64,000 nucleotides of DNA from Polyangiaceae bacterium (GTDB lineage: Bacteria > Myxococcota_A > Polyangia > Polyangiales > Polyangiaceae): the NCBI GenBank assembly GCA_044376115.1, contig JBILLK010000007.1, positions 224,001-288,000 of the forward strand, given 5' to 3'. The notes beneath the pieces are model-generated. The model did no database searches. It saw only the letters and a program-made list of their open reading frames with translations, and had not been told where the DNA came from. The translations under genes and the position numbers were made by a program. This document shows positions 48,286 to 58,047 of this stretch, piece by piece. Every line of letters starts with the position of its first letter. The first letter of the stretch is position 1.

Positions 48286-50331
48286 TCACAAGAGCTCGAG
48301 GAAGGCGACCAACGCCGCCGCCTCTTCGGCCGAGAGAGCCGTCAGCCCCTCTTGCGCGCTGGGTGCGCGATGCCAGAAGCCGTCGGGAGCAAAGCGCGCT
48401 TCGCCTACAACTTGTTCGAGCGTGCTCGCCGAGCCGTTGGTGAAGTAGGGCGTCTTTTCGACGATGCGTCGCAGCGAGCTCGCGCGCGCACCACGCTCGT
48501 GCACGTAGGGCAAAACGCCGGTTTGGTGATAGCCCTCGCGCGCCCACACGATCGGGCTGGCAGGCGAAGTGATGACGGCGCGCCACTCCTCTTTCGGAAC
48601 GCGCGTGGTCGCGTCCTGGGCCACCAAACGTGCGCTGTGGCAGCCCTCGCAGTGGCGCTCGAAGATGGCTTGCCCGTGCTCGACACGAGCGCTCCAAGCG
48701 CCCGTACGCAGGGCTCGCGGATTGGGTGGGAACGGCCTTTCGGCGATGGCACGAAGCAGCGCCATTCGTAGCGCGACGGGTCCGTCAGGCGCGCCAGCAA
48801 ATGGGGCCTCGCGTGCCCACGGCAGCTCCGCTTGTTCACGTGAGAACCATTCGCTGTGCTCTGTGCCTCGGAGCGCTACTCGGAATTCGGCGAACACCAT
48901 CGAGGCGACATCCGGGTCGAGCGCGCGGGTGAACAGCGGCGGGTTGTCGAGCAGGCCGAACAGCGGCTTGGTGGTGGCGTAGACCTGCTCGCGGCCGGTG
49001 TGGTGCCTTCGTCCGTCGCCCCAACCCTCGAAGTGGCACGCCTCGCAGGTGAAGCGGCTCGCCTTGCCTTCGCTGGTTTGGAAGGGCGCCATCAATTCGG
49101 TGAACAGCAGCGCCTCTCCGAGATGGAGCGCTCGCTGCTCCTCGGTCTTCGGCGTTTGCGGGCCGAGTTGGACCTCTTGCTCGCGGCCGAAGCGCACGAC
49201 CCGATCGAGGATCGTACTGACGCCGAGAAAGTGACCGGGCTCCGTAGTGACCACCGATACGACGCCGGGGACGCTCGCCAAGGTGGTGGCCGTGGCGCGA
49301 TGCTCTGGCGATTCGGCTGTCGATGGTGGCCCCAGCAGCGCTGCCCGGCCCGAACCGAAGCCGAGCACCAAGAAGCGCCCGTCCGGCTGTCGGGCGACCA
49401 CTTTGGGCGTCAGCACGCCGAGCTCGGAGAGGTTCACCGCTTCGAGCGGTTGCGCCCGCCCTGCGCTCACTCGGTAGAAAAACAGGAAGGAGTCGATGTT
49501 GCCGAAGGCCCCATCGCTTCGATCGAGAGGGTGGTCTTCAAGCCCGCCCAGCGCGAGCAGCGTTTGCCCGGGCTCGTCGGTTGGTCGCAGCTCGGCCGCG
49601 TAAATCGGTGCGTCGTGGACGATCCGCAGCGGCGCCGAGCCGAGGGGTTGCGACGGATCGTAGAGATCGACGCTGTGATCGAGCGCGCTGCTGATGGCGA
49701 CCCAGCCCTCGCGTACGGTCAGCGCGCTCGGTCGGGGTTGGGTCCGTCGCAGCTCCACACGGGCGTCTCCACGACAACGTTTGCGCAGCTCTTCGGCCTC
49801 CGCGTCCAGCGCATAAAAGCAGCCCTTGTCGAAGGCCAACGCGCGTACGCCAAAGCGAGCCACGCCGGTCAGATCGTCCGGCTCGCTACGGAGCAGGGAA
49901 GGCGACGAAAATGCGAGCAGGTCGGTGGCATCTCGGCGTGCGACCCAGACTCGATCACCGACGACTGCCATCGCCGTTACGTCTCCAGCGACCGCTACAC
50001 TGCGCCGCCGCTCGAGCTGCTCATCGAGCAGCGAGAGCCTCCCGTGCTCGGCGTCGCCGTGGCGTTCGAGCAGCAGCAGCTGACCATCGCCAACCGACGC
50101 GATGGCCAGGGGATCGGTCCCGAGACGGAGGCCAGCTTGGGACGGCTGACGATGGTTCATCCGCGCCCGCAAGCTGTGCTCGACAGCGCGAACCACCGTC
50201 AGCGCGAAGTGGGGCCCCAGCTGCGCCTGGGCCGGTGCTTGTGCGCTCGTTTCGCCAGCGTTGCAACTCGGCGCGGCTGCGAGGCTAACCGCCAGCGCAA
50301 AATGCGCGAGAGCTCGCTTCGCTGCTACCAA
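48286..50331 (-). CDS. Beta-propeller + di-heme cytochrome c peroxidase/MauG-like protein
   Basis: APSC lipobox-like; YncE-like propeller; LGEALLF, TCEACH, HCEGCH, SSLRRI..TPYFTNGS..TL, LVAFLELL. Confidence 0.75.
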   Translation of the reverse strand: MVAAKRALAHFALAVSLAAAPSCNAGETSAQAPAQAQLGPHFALTVVRAVEHSLRARMNHRQPSQAGLRLGTDPLAIASVGDGQLLLLERHGDAEHGRLSLLDEQLERRRSVAVAGDVTAMAVVGDRVWVARRDATDLLAFSSPSLLRSEPDDLTGVARFGVRALAFDKGCFYALDAEAEELRKRCRGDARVELRRTQPRPSALTVREGWVAISSALDHSVDLYDPSQPLGSAPLRIVHDAPIYAAELRPTDEPGQTLLALGGLEDHPLDRSDGAFGNIDSFLFFYRVSAGRAQPLEAVNLSELGVLTPKVVARQPDGRFLVLGFGSGRAALLGPPSTAESPEHRATATTLASVPGVVSVVTTEPGHFLGVSTILDRVVRFGREQEVQLGPQTPKTEEQRALHLGEALLFTELMAPFQTSEGKASRFTCEACHFEGWGDGRRHHTGREQVYATTKPLFGLLDNPPLFTRALDPDVASMVFAEFRVALRGTEHSEWFSREQAELPWAREAPFAGAPDGPVALRMALLRAIAERPFPPNPRALRTGAWSARVEHGQAIFERHCEGCHSARLVAQDATTRVPKEEWRAVITSPASPIVWAREGYHQTGVLPYVHERGARASSLRRIVEKTPYFTNGSASTLEQVVGEARFAPDGFWHRAPSAQEGLTALSAEEAAALVAFLELL

Positions 50332-50501
50332 CCGCCGCCGCTCTCCTTCGCGCTGGCGGTCGCGCTCGCTGCTGCGGTGCTCGTGGCTGCAGGTTTGGCG
50401 GAAGCGGCGGCCGAGGGCTTCGCGCTAGCTGCATCAGGGGTGGCTTTGTCGCCACAAGCGACGAGGAAGGTGAGGCCTAGAACAATCGAGACGATCTTCA
50501 T
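50325..50501 (-). CDS. Tiny Ala/Ser-rich lipoprotein ending SGGGW
   Basis: MKIVSIVLGLTFLVAC lipobox; 58 aa; stop overlaps the start of the di-heme gene. Confidence 0.75.
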   Translation of the reverse strand: MKIVSIVLGLTFLVACGDKATPDAASAKPSAAASAKPAATSTAAASATASAKESGGGW

Positions 50502-50552
50502 CGATGCGTCGTACCCGGTTCGTCTCTGAGAAAAAAGCAATCTCGCAAGGCG

Positions 50553-50568
50553 TGCTGCTTGCGTGCCA
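50553..50568 (-). promoter_or_regulatory. Candidate sigma54 promoter for SGGGW lipoprotein/di-heme operon
   Basis: Minus strand TGGCACGCAAGCAGCA: perfect -24 box, GG-N10-GC spacing, about 50 nt before ATG 50501. Confidence 0.5.
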
Positions 50569-50594
50569 AACCCGGCAATTGGAAGATGTTCGAC

Positions 50595-52529
50595 ATGCGT
50601 AGGCTTGCTTGGTCAGGGGTGTTGCTCGGGCTCTTGGGGACGGGCTGTGGTGACTCGAGCGCGTCGGGCAATGGCGGTGCGGGCGGAGTTGGTGGAGGAA
50701 GCGGCGGCGAAGGCGTCGAGCTTTGCGACGGCCACGCAACCGCGGGGGAGACGAGCTTTACGCGCAAAAGCTCCGAATGGGGGCTGGACGGCGTCGTGGG
50801 CGGCCGCGTGATGAGCGGCGATTTGAACGCAGACGGCTACCCCGATTTGATCGTGCATAGCTTTGCGCCCAACGTTCGCGAGGTCAAAGGCTCGGAGGTC
50901 CGGCGGGTGTACGTGCTGATCAACGAGGCCAGCGGCAGTGGCAGAACCTTCGTCGATCGAACCTATGATTCCGGCTTCGCAGTACCTGCCGACGGCTCCA
51001 CGACCGAACTCAAGTCCTCCCATTTGGCCGTGCTCGGTGACGTTGACAACGACGGTGACTTGGATGTTTTCAGCGGCACCTACAGCGATGTGCCCGCTGC
51101 AGAAGAAACGCCCGCTGACCTCGATCGTTCGGAGATCTACCTCAACAATGGGGATGGCACCTTCACGCTCAAGGCCAACTCGGGCGTTGCCTTCGACAAG
51201 CCGCGCAGAACCTCATCGGCCACCTTTACGGATGTGGATCGAGACGGGGTACTCGATCTCTTCGTCGGCGTTCACTACTCAGCCACTGGCTCGATGCAGA
51301 CCCCTGCGCTGTTTCTTGGGAATGGGGACGGGACCTTCGTCGACGTGACCACCAGTTGGGGCGTCAAGAGCGAGAAGCGTGCGACCTTCGGCGTGACCTC
51401 CTGCGATCTCGACGACAACGGCTATCCCGAGCTCTTGATGAGCGCGTATGCGCGCGGCCCCAACGTGCTTTACACGCTCACCGAGAGCGGCTTCGTCGAT
51501 CAAGGTGAGGCCTCCGGCTACGCCTTCGACGAAAACCAGGACTTCACCGACAATCAGTTCTTCCTCTGCTGGTGCACGGTGAACGAGGCCGATCCGCAGT
51601 GCGCCGATGTCCCGCCGCCGTCGACGAACTGCCCGTCCCCTCCGGGGGCGAATTGGGGCGGCGCAAGCGATGAGATGCCTGCGCGGCTCGGTGGAAACAC
51701 CTTCAGCACCGCGTGCTCGGACATCGACGGGGACGGTAAGTTGGATCTCTACGATGCAGCGATCACCCATTGGTGGGCCGGCGGAAGTTCCGATGTTTCC
51801 ACCTTGCTGCTCAATCAAAGCACTGGCCCGAACAACTTCGCCTTCGAGCGCCCCAATCGCACGGACATCGGGCTCGACGTGCCGCGCGTGGGCGGTAGCT
51901 GGAATGAGGGCGGGATCGTCGCTGCCATCGCCGACATCAATGGAGACGCTCGCAACGACATCTTCCTCGGCACCAGCGACTACCCCGATCAGTTCGGTTG
52001 GGTGTTCAGTCAGTCAGCGGAAGGCACCTTCAGCGAGAACGGCGAGCTCTTGGGGCTGCATCACCCGTGCGCCGTTGGAACGACGATGGCGGACTTCGAT
52101 CGTGATGGGGATATCGACGTCGTCGTCGCCTCGGGCACCGCACGCGACTGTGCTGAGATTTGGTCCACCAACGAGGTGCATTTGTACGAGAACAATACGC
52201 CGACTTCGAGCAGCTGGCTGGCCATCCAGCTCGATGGCGGCGAGGCGGCCGACGTGAACCGTGCGGCCATCGGCGCGCGCGTCAGCGTCGAGGCCGGGGG
52301 CGTTAGCCAGCTGCAGGAGTTCAACTCTGGCTACGGCCACTTCGGGCTGCAGAACGACTCGCTATTGCACTTCCGGTTGGGAGACTGTCAGTCCGCCGCG
52401 AGCATCGAAGTCGTATGGCCGGATGCCAGCCGCAGCCGCAGCCGCTTCGAGAAAGTGCAAGGCGGTCGCATGATTCGCATCACTAAGGGCGCCGACGCGG
52501 TGGAGGATTTGGGTGCTCCGAATCCGTGA
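50595..52529 (+). CDS. CRTAC1-family lipoprotein (FG-GAP repeats + ASPIC/UnbV)
   Basis: GTGC lipobox; multiple GDxxxDGxxD loops; AIGARVSV...G.G..Q....LHF.LG...EVVWP ASPIC motif. Confidence 0.9.
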   Translation: MRRLAWSGVLLGLLGTGCGDSSASGNGGAGGVGGGSGGEGVELCDGHATAGETSFTRKSSEWGLDGVVGGRVMSGDLNADGYPDLIVHSFAPNVREVKGSEVRRVYVLINEASGSGRTFVDRTYDSGFAVPADGSTTELKSSHLAVLGDVDNDGDLDVFSGTYSDVPAAEETPADLDRSEIYLNNGDGTFTLKANSGVAFDKPRRTSSATFTDVDRDGVLDLFVGVHYSATGSMQTPALFLGNGDGTFVDVTTSWGVKSEKRATFGVTSCDLDDNGYPELLMSAYARGPNVLYTLTESGFVDQGEASGYAFDENQDFTDNQFFLCWCTVNEADPQCADVPPPSTNCPSPPGANWGGASDEMPARLGGNTFSTACSDIDGDGKLDLYDAAITHWWAGGSSDVSTLLLNQSTGPNNFAFERPNRTDIGLDVPRVGGSWNEGGIVAAIADINGDARNDIFLGTSDYPDQFGWVFSQSAEGTFSENGELLGLHHPCAVGTTMADFDRDGDIDVVVASGTARDCAEIWSTNEVHLYENNTPTSSSWLAIQLDGGEAADVNRAAIGARVSVEAGGVSQLQEFNSGYGHFGLQNDSLLHFRLGDCQSAASIEVVWPDASRSRSRFEKVQGGRMIRITKGADAVEDLGAPNP

Positions 52530-52571
52530 CAAAGTCTGCATGCCCTGCCTCTTGCTGAGTACACTGCACGC

Positions 52572-54065
52572 GTGACAGGGGTGAGGGATCCGTTCGGCAT
52601 CGTGGGCACGATGCAGTCGCGCGTATTTCGCGTGGAGGCCGCCGTCGCTGAGGGTGGCTTCGGTGTCGTGTATCGCGCGTACCATGAAGCCTTCCGCTCC
52701 TACGTCGCGCTCAAGTGCTTGAAGGTGCCCGACGTTCTTTCGGATGAGCAAAAGCTCGGCCTGCTCGAAAAGTTCCGCACTGAAGCAGAGCTCTTGTTTC
52801 GCTTGAGCGCCTCTCTCCCGGAGATCGTTCGGCCGCTGCAATTCGGCGTGTTGGAGCTTGAAGACGGTTCGCCTGGGACGCCGACGCTGGGGGCCGGCGC
52901 TGTGGTGCCGTACTTGGCGATGGAGTGGCTCGAGGGCCAAACGCTGGGGGCCTTCGTGGCCGGCCGCGTGGCGCAGTCGAAGCCGCCGCTCACGCTGAGT
53001 CGCGCGGTAGAGTTGCTCACGCCGGTGGCCAAGGCGCTCGCGCGGGCTCACGATTTCCGCGGAACCAACGGTGGCGCGGTGACCATCATCCATCGCGATA
53101 TGAAGCCGGAGAACGTGTTCCTGGCGAACATCGATGGTGAGCAGCGACCCAAGATTCTCGACTTCGGTATCGCACGCATTCGCGCTGACGCCTCGGCGAT
53201 GCTCGGCCGTGCAACGGGGGCCGATCCTCTGCATGCGTTCTCGCCGGCCTACGCAGCTCCCGAGCAATGGAACCCCTCAGTGTACGGCGCGACCGGCCCT
53301 TGGACGGACGTGTACGCGCTCGCCCTCGTTCTGACCGAGGTGTTGATCGGTCGGCCGCCGATCGACGGTGATTTCACGGTGATGATGGGGTCGGCGCTCA
53401 ACAAGGATTGGCGTCCGACCCCGCGTGCGCGCGGCGCCAACGTGACCGATGAAACCGAGCGCGTGTTCGAGCGTGCGCTGGCCGTGGATCCGCGCTTGCG
53501 CACGGCATCGATCGAAGCCTTCTGGACGCAGCTGGAGCTCTCGTGCGGGCGCGGTCCGTCGATTACGCGCCGGCACGAGCCCATCCTCTCCGATCTGCCG
53601 AGCACCCCGCCACCGCCCGATCTCGATCTGGAGGCGGACATCCCGATGCAGCCAAGCTCGTCATCGGGCGCAGTGCTGCCAGCGCCGGCTTCACGTCGCT
53701 GGGATCAACTGGAGACCCCGACGCGAGATCCAAACTTCGAGGCGCCCGCGGCGAGCGTGCGTGAGCCGGGGTTTGCTCTCGAGCTGGGCGGTGCGCCAAA
53801 ATCGATAGCCCGGCCGCGCCCCAATCAGCTCGGACCGGGCGTTTGGCAGCCACAGTCGCTGGCGCCCGCTCGTTCGCTTTGGGAGCGCTTTTCGACGCCG
53901 CTTTGGATCGTCGTCGCGGCGGTTGCAGTCGGTTTGGCCGACCTCTACATGGTTCGAACCACCGGGCATAAGCTTCCCCTTGGGCCGATTTCGACCACAT
54001 GGATCGCAGGGCCACTTGCGACCATTGGCATCGGTCTCGGGATTGTGCGACTGATCCAAGACTGA
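52572..54065 (+). CDS. Ser/Thr protein kinase with two C-terminal TM helices
   Basis: EGGFGVVY, VALK, HRDMKPEN, DFG, YAAPEQW, DVYAL. Confidence 0.92.
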   Translation: MTGVRDPFGIVGTMQSRVFRVEAAVAEGGFGVVYRAYHEAFRSYVALKCLKVPDVLSDEQKLGLLEKFRTEAELLFRLSASLPEIVRPLQFGVLELEDGSPGTPTLGAGAVVPYLAMEWLEGQTLGAFVAGRVAQSKPPLTLSRAVELLTPVAKALARAHDFRGTNGGAVTIIHRDMKPENVFLANIDGEQRPKILDFGIARIRADASAMLGRATGADPLHAFSPAYAAPEQWNPSVYGATGPWTDVYALALVLTEVLIGRPPIDGDFTVMMGSALNKDWRPTPRARGANVTDETERVFERALAVDPRLRTASIEAFWTQLELSCGRGPSITRRHEPILSDLPSTPPPPDLDLEADIPMQPSSSSGAVLPAPASRRWDQLETPTRDPNFEAPAASVREPGFALELGGAPKSIARPRPNQLGPGVWQPQSLAPARSLWERFSTPLWIVVAAVAVGLADLYMVRTTGHKLPLGPISTTWIAGPLATIGIGLGIVRLIQD

Positions 54066-54067
54066 TG

Positions 54068-54652
54068 ATGTTGCTCACACGGCGAGCCGCGCTTCTCTCC
54101 ATCGGGGCGCTTGCGGCTGGTTGCTCCGATCCTCGCCCAGAGCCCTCGGCCGGGTCTTCGCGGGCGCAGGGCATGGTCAAGCCCGTCCTCTATGAAGTGC
54201 CACCCGCATGGACTGAAACCGAGTCGAGCCCGACCGCGGCGCGCCGCGCCGGTTACCGCGTTCCGCGAGTCGGTAACGACAAGGAAGACGGCGAGATGTT
54301 GGTGCTCTTCTTCGGCACCGGCAGTAACGGGGATCGCGACAAGCAGTGGGATCCGTGGTTCGAGCAGTTCGATGGGACGCCCAAAGAGTCCGCCACCCGG
54401 GCGACCTTCAACTCGCAGGCAGGTCCAGTGGAGACCTTCGAGTTCAAGGGCGCCTACAAGCTCAACCTCGGCAAACAGCGCCCGGGCATGAAGAAGTCGC
54501 CGGTGCAAATGGTCAAACAGGACTTCCGCATGATCGGTGCGGTGGTGAAGACCGAAGCACGCGGCAACTGGTTCTTTCGTCTCGTGGGCCCCGATGAGAC
54601 GGTGCTCGCAGCGAAAGGTGCGTTCTTGGCAATGTTGGAGGCCTGCGCCTAG
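54068..54652 (+). CDS. Tat-like lipoprotein, hypothetical
   Basis: TRRAALL twin-Arg and AAGC lipobox; tightly coupled to kinase stop (TGATGATG). Confidence 0.7.
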   Translation: MLLTRRAALLSIGALAAGCSDPRPEPSAGSSRAQGMVKPVLYEVPPAWTETESSPTAARRAGYRVPRVGNDKEDGEMLVLFFGTGSNGDRDKQWDPWFEQFDGTPKESATRATFNSQAGPVETFEFKGAYKLNLGKQRPGMKKSPVQMVKQDFRMIGAVVKTEARGNWFFRLVGPDETVLAAKGAFLAMLEACA

Positions 54653-54690
54653 CGTGCCTTGCGCTTGGCCTCGCCCGTTGGCCGAAGAAC

Positions 54691-55671
54691 TCAGTTAACC
54701 GGCGTGGCGCTGGGAGAAACCTGCACCACGCGCACCGGCTTGGCCCCGATGTCTGCCACGTCGAAGCTCTGCGTGAGGCTCAACTTGAGGCCGGCATCCA
54801 CCTCGGCGCCCGAGGGCATCTGCATCTTCGACACGACGCTGATTTGGATGATGGCGCCGCGCACGTAGTCCCCGGTGAGGTTCAACTTCTGCGAGGCGAG
54901 GGCGGCCTTGACCGAGCGCGCGACGCCTTCCCAGGTTGCGCTGTTGCCGGCGCTGGCCGAGTTGAACTTGACGCTCTTTACTTTGCCGCCCGGACCGAGC
55001 GCCACCGTGTAGCTCGCCTTCGCGTTGCCCGGCGCGTCCGAGCCCTCGACCGTGGCCTTGAAGATCGAAGCGACGGTGCCTGCCGCTGGTAGACCGAGGC
55101 CAAGCTTCTTGTCCTTCTCGCGCAGGACGTCTTTGAGACCCTTGTTGACCGACGCAGCCGTGGCCGTCTTGGCTTTGGGCGCTTCCGTCTCCGCGGGTGC
55201 GCCGCGGGTGTCGAACGCAACCAACGACGGATTCATGTAGATCGGCTTATCCCCGAGGCCGGGAATGCCCTCTTCGTCTGTGGGGCCCCAGCCGTTGTCT
55301 TCCGGTTGGTTGCCAGGGTTGGGCTCATCCCCGGTGCCGCCGTCTCCAGCGCTATCGGTACCGTCCGAGGTTTCAACGCCGTTGGTGCCTGCCCGGCCTC
55401 TACCGCCAGCGCCTGCATTGCGCTTGGCCTCGAGCGGCTGGTCCGGGTTCACCGGCGTACTGACTCGGGCGCCCGCAGCCGACACTGGTTGCACCGTGTT
55501 CGCTTCGACCACGCGCTCTTTGCGCGGCTCGAACTCGAACTGGATCGACTGCTCCGGACGGCCCTTTTCCAGCGCCAACAAGTTGTACGAAGGAAACAGC
55601 GTGGCCGCGTAAAGCGCTCCCGCGTGCGCAGCTGCAGCCAACCCGAAGAACAGGCCTTCACGTGAGTTCAC
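54691..55671 (-). CDS. Membrane-anchored protein, TonB/TolA-like architecture
   Basis: N-terminal TM with AAAAH, low-complexity linker, C-terminal alpha/beta domain. Confidence 0.55.
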   Translation of the reverse strand: MNSREGLFFGLAAAAHAGALYAATLFPSYNLLALEKGRPEQSIQFEFEPRKERVVEANTVQPVSAAGARVSTPVNPDQPLEAKRNAGAGGRGRAGTNGVETSDGTDSAGDGGTGDEPNPGNQPEDNGWGPTDEEGIPGLGDKPIYMNPSLVAFDTRGAPAETEAPKAKTATAASVNKGLKDVLREKDKKLGLGLPAAGTVASIFKATVEGSDAPGNAKASYTVALGPGGKVKSVKFNSASAGNSATWEGVARSVKAALASQKLNLTGDYVRGAIIQISVVSKMQMPSGAEVDAGLKLSLTQSFDVADIGAKPVRVVQVSPSATPVN

Positions 55672-55728
55672 AGGGTCCCCCGGAAACTCGAGCGTACCGC
55701 GCCGGCCGCTAGCTGTTGCCCCTGAACC

Positions 55729-56604
55729 TTAGACACCGCCCATCCTTTTGGCGGAGATCAGGAGGGATTGCAAGGTTCGGGCAACATTTTCGCCCCTGCC
55801 GTGGGGCCAAAGTCCAAACCGGCCCTCCTTTACGATCCCATCCAGCCCCGCTTGCATGCGGATAACAACGTCACGATGGACCGCCTCGACGAGGGTCTCA
55901 TCGTCTGCGGCGCTCGCCGGGAGTTCGGGCCTCACGGCTGGCAAGATACGCGTGTGGATCTTCACCGGTAGCGGAAGGTGAGGGAGCGGTATTCCGAACA
56001 GAAGGCCCCAGGGGAGGGCGGCTCCGATCGGAAATACGTTGGAGCGGAAGTGTTTGGGCAGCCCCAGCGCCGACGCGATGCGCGCCCCACGAAAGGCCAC
56101 GAACAGCGATTCGTGCGCGCCCGCGCTGACCACCGGGACGATCGGCACGCCCTCGCGCAGCGCCAATCTCACGTAGCCGCGCCGTTTGCCAAAGTCGATT
56201 TGGTGACGCTGGGTGAACGGCTTGCACGCATCGTGGTCACCGCCTGGAAAGACCAATAAGGCTCCGCCGTCACGAAGCGCCCGCCTGCCATTGTCGGGGT
56301 TGGCGGCCATCGCTCCTGCTGCGTTCAACCATGAGCCCGCCCACGGGACGCGAAACGGCACGTCGTGCATCAGGCCGTAGGCCTTTCGCTGGGCGCCGTA
56401 GCGACGCCAAAAGGCCGTCATGTGGCAGAACATGTCGGGCGTCCCGGTGATGCCGTTGTGATTGCCAACCACCAACACGGGGCCCTCCGGCACTTCGGCC
56501 AGGAACTCTGTCTCGCACTGAAAGTAGTGATCGTAAAACGCCTCGAGCAGCGGCAAGACCTCGGCGATCAGCTTGGGATCACGCGCCGAAAGCGAGTTCG
56601 GCAT
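55729..56604 (-). CDS. Lysophospholipid acyltransferase family protein
   Basis: VLVVGNHNG...D, LVFPGG, GYVRLALREGVPIVPV. Confidence 0.88.
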   Translation of the reverse strand: MPNSLSARDPKLIAEVLPLLEAFYDHYFQCETEFLAEVPEGPVLVVGNHNGITGTPDMFCHMTAFWRRYGAQRKAYGLMHDVPFRVPWAGSWLNAAGAMAANPDNGRRALRDGGALLVFPGGDHDACKPFTQRHQIDFGKRRGYVRLALREGVPIVPVVSAGAHESLFVAFRGARIASALGLPKHFRSNVFPIGAALPWGLLFGIPLPHLPLPVKIHTRILPAVRPELPASAADDETLVEAVHRDVVIRMQAGLDGIVKEGRFGLWPHGRGENVARTLQSLLISAKRMGGV

Positions 56605-56731
56605 GACCTTCCGATTGCGCGCCGCCATCAATGCGGCGAAGGCAGCCTCGAGCACGCCTGACGCCGGCCACGCACGAACCTCGCTCACGGCTGGCCCCCG
56701 TCCAGCAGGTGAATCGGGAGCCCCGGCTCGT

Positions 56732-57340
56732 TCAAGGCAACCGGGCGCGCATGCCTGCGCGAATGCCGTTCTTTCTTGCCCACCCTGCATTGACTTCCAG
56801 AACGTAGCGCGACTTGCAACCGACGCTGAACTCCTGATCGGTCAACGTCGATGTGTTCTCCTCGATTCCGACGATCGTGCCGTCCGACGCGATGAACAGC
56901 ATATCCAGAGGCAAACACGTATTGCGCATCCAAAAGGTGAGCGTGCTCTCCTCATCGAATTGGAACAGCATGCCGTCGTTCTCGGCCATCGCCGTGCGAT
57001 ACATCAGCCCGCGTTGACGGTGCTCGGGCTCTTTGGCCAGCTCCACTGAAACCGACGCCTTTGCGCCCTCGAATTCAACCACGGCTCGAGCGAGCTCCGG
57101 CACCGGTCCGGGATCCGCTGGGCAGTTCTCAGCAACGCCCACGAGGGGCCGTGACGGCTCGGCTGGCGTGGCTTTGATGCAGCGACCAGGCAGACGCTTG
57201 GGCTCGATCGTCGTGCTCTGGCTGTCTCCGGCCGGACGCTGCGACTCGGCGCTTGCACGCGGCATGCGGTTTGGCTCACAGCCCGCGGCGGCCAGCAATA
57301 TACCCGCAACACACGCGTATCCCCACGTCCTTCGGAGCAT
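56732..57340 (-). CDS. DUF192 domain lipoprotein
   Basis: VELA...RQRGLMYR...GMLF...FWMRNT..PLDMLFI...YVLEVNAG; AAGC lipobox. Confidence 0.9.
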   Translation of the reverse strand: MLRRTWGYACVAGILLAAAGCEPNRMPRASAESQRPAGDSQSTTIEPKRLPGRCIKATPAEPSRPLVGVAENCPADPGPVPELARAVVEFEGAKASVSVELAKEPEHRQRGLMYRTAMAENDGMLFQFDEESTLTFWMRNTCLPLDMLFIASDGTIVGIEENTSTLTDQEFSVGCKSRYVLEVNAGWARKNGIRAGMRARLP

Positions 57341-57483
57341 GCGCCTGCTTATGCTGGCCGCCGACGATGCAGCAACAAGAATGACTCCCAGCGGGAAAAA
57401 ATCGGGGTCCGGGCGCCGGCTCAAGGAGGCTCAAACCGTGCTTCGAGCCACCTCAGCTGGCTAACTTTGGCTATGATGTCGGC

Positions 57484-58047
57484 ATGCGTCGAACCTTCTT
57501 CCTTTGGACTGCGGCTGCCTGTGTAGCTCCTACCGCGCTCGTGGCTTTGCTAGCGCCGGCGTGTGACAACAGCGTCATTGTTCCGGATGGAGATTCGGGT
57601 GGAGGCGGGGACGGCGCAGGTCCAACCACCAGCGGTCTGCCCATCACAACCACCACCGGTGGCGCCGACGCTGGTCCCGATGCCCTCAACGACTTCGTGG
57701 ATCCCGGCTGTGAAGACAAGCCGCCGCCGCTCGAGGACTTCCAGTGTGATCCCGAGGCGCAAAACAACGGCCAATGCATGTTCGGCGAGGGCTGTTACAT
57801 CTACGTGCAATACCCCGATGACCCCTGCGGCCAGGAGGTTTACGGCTCGGTATGTCTGCCCGAGGGTGTAGGCCAGCAGGGTGACATTTGTTTCGGCGCC
57901 ACAGATTGCGCGGGCGGGTTGGCGTGCGTGGTTACCGGGTCCGGCACGCAGTGTGTGGTGCTCTGCCCACTCGAAGGCATCAGCGATTGTCCGAGCGGCC
58001 TCGTGTGTGAACCCATCGACGTTGAAGGCTTCGGCGGATGTCTGTGA
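57484..58047 (+). CDS. Cys-rich lipoprotein
   Basis: APAC lipobox; CDP..Q..C...C...C...GLAC pattern. Confidence 0.75.
   Translation: MRRTFFLWTAAACVAPTALVALLAPACDNSVIVPDGDSGGGGDGAGPTTSGLPITTTTGGADAGPDALNDFVDPGCEDKPPPLEDFQCDPEAQNNGQCMFGEGCYIYVQYPDDPCGQEVYGSVCLPEGVGQQGDICFGATDCAGGLACVVTGSGTQCVVLCPLEGISDCPSGLVCEPIDVEGFGGCL

Noticed and set aside
48856..50529. 557-aa plus-strand ORF
   Set aside because: Shadow of the di-heme gene
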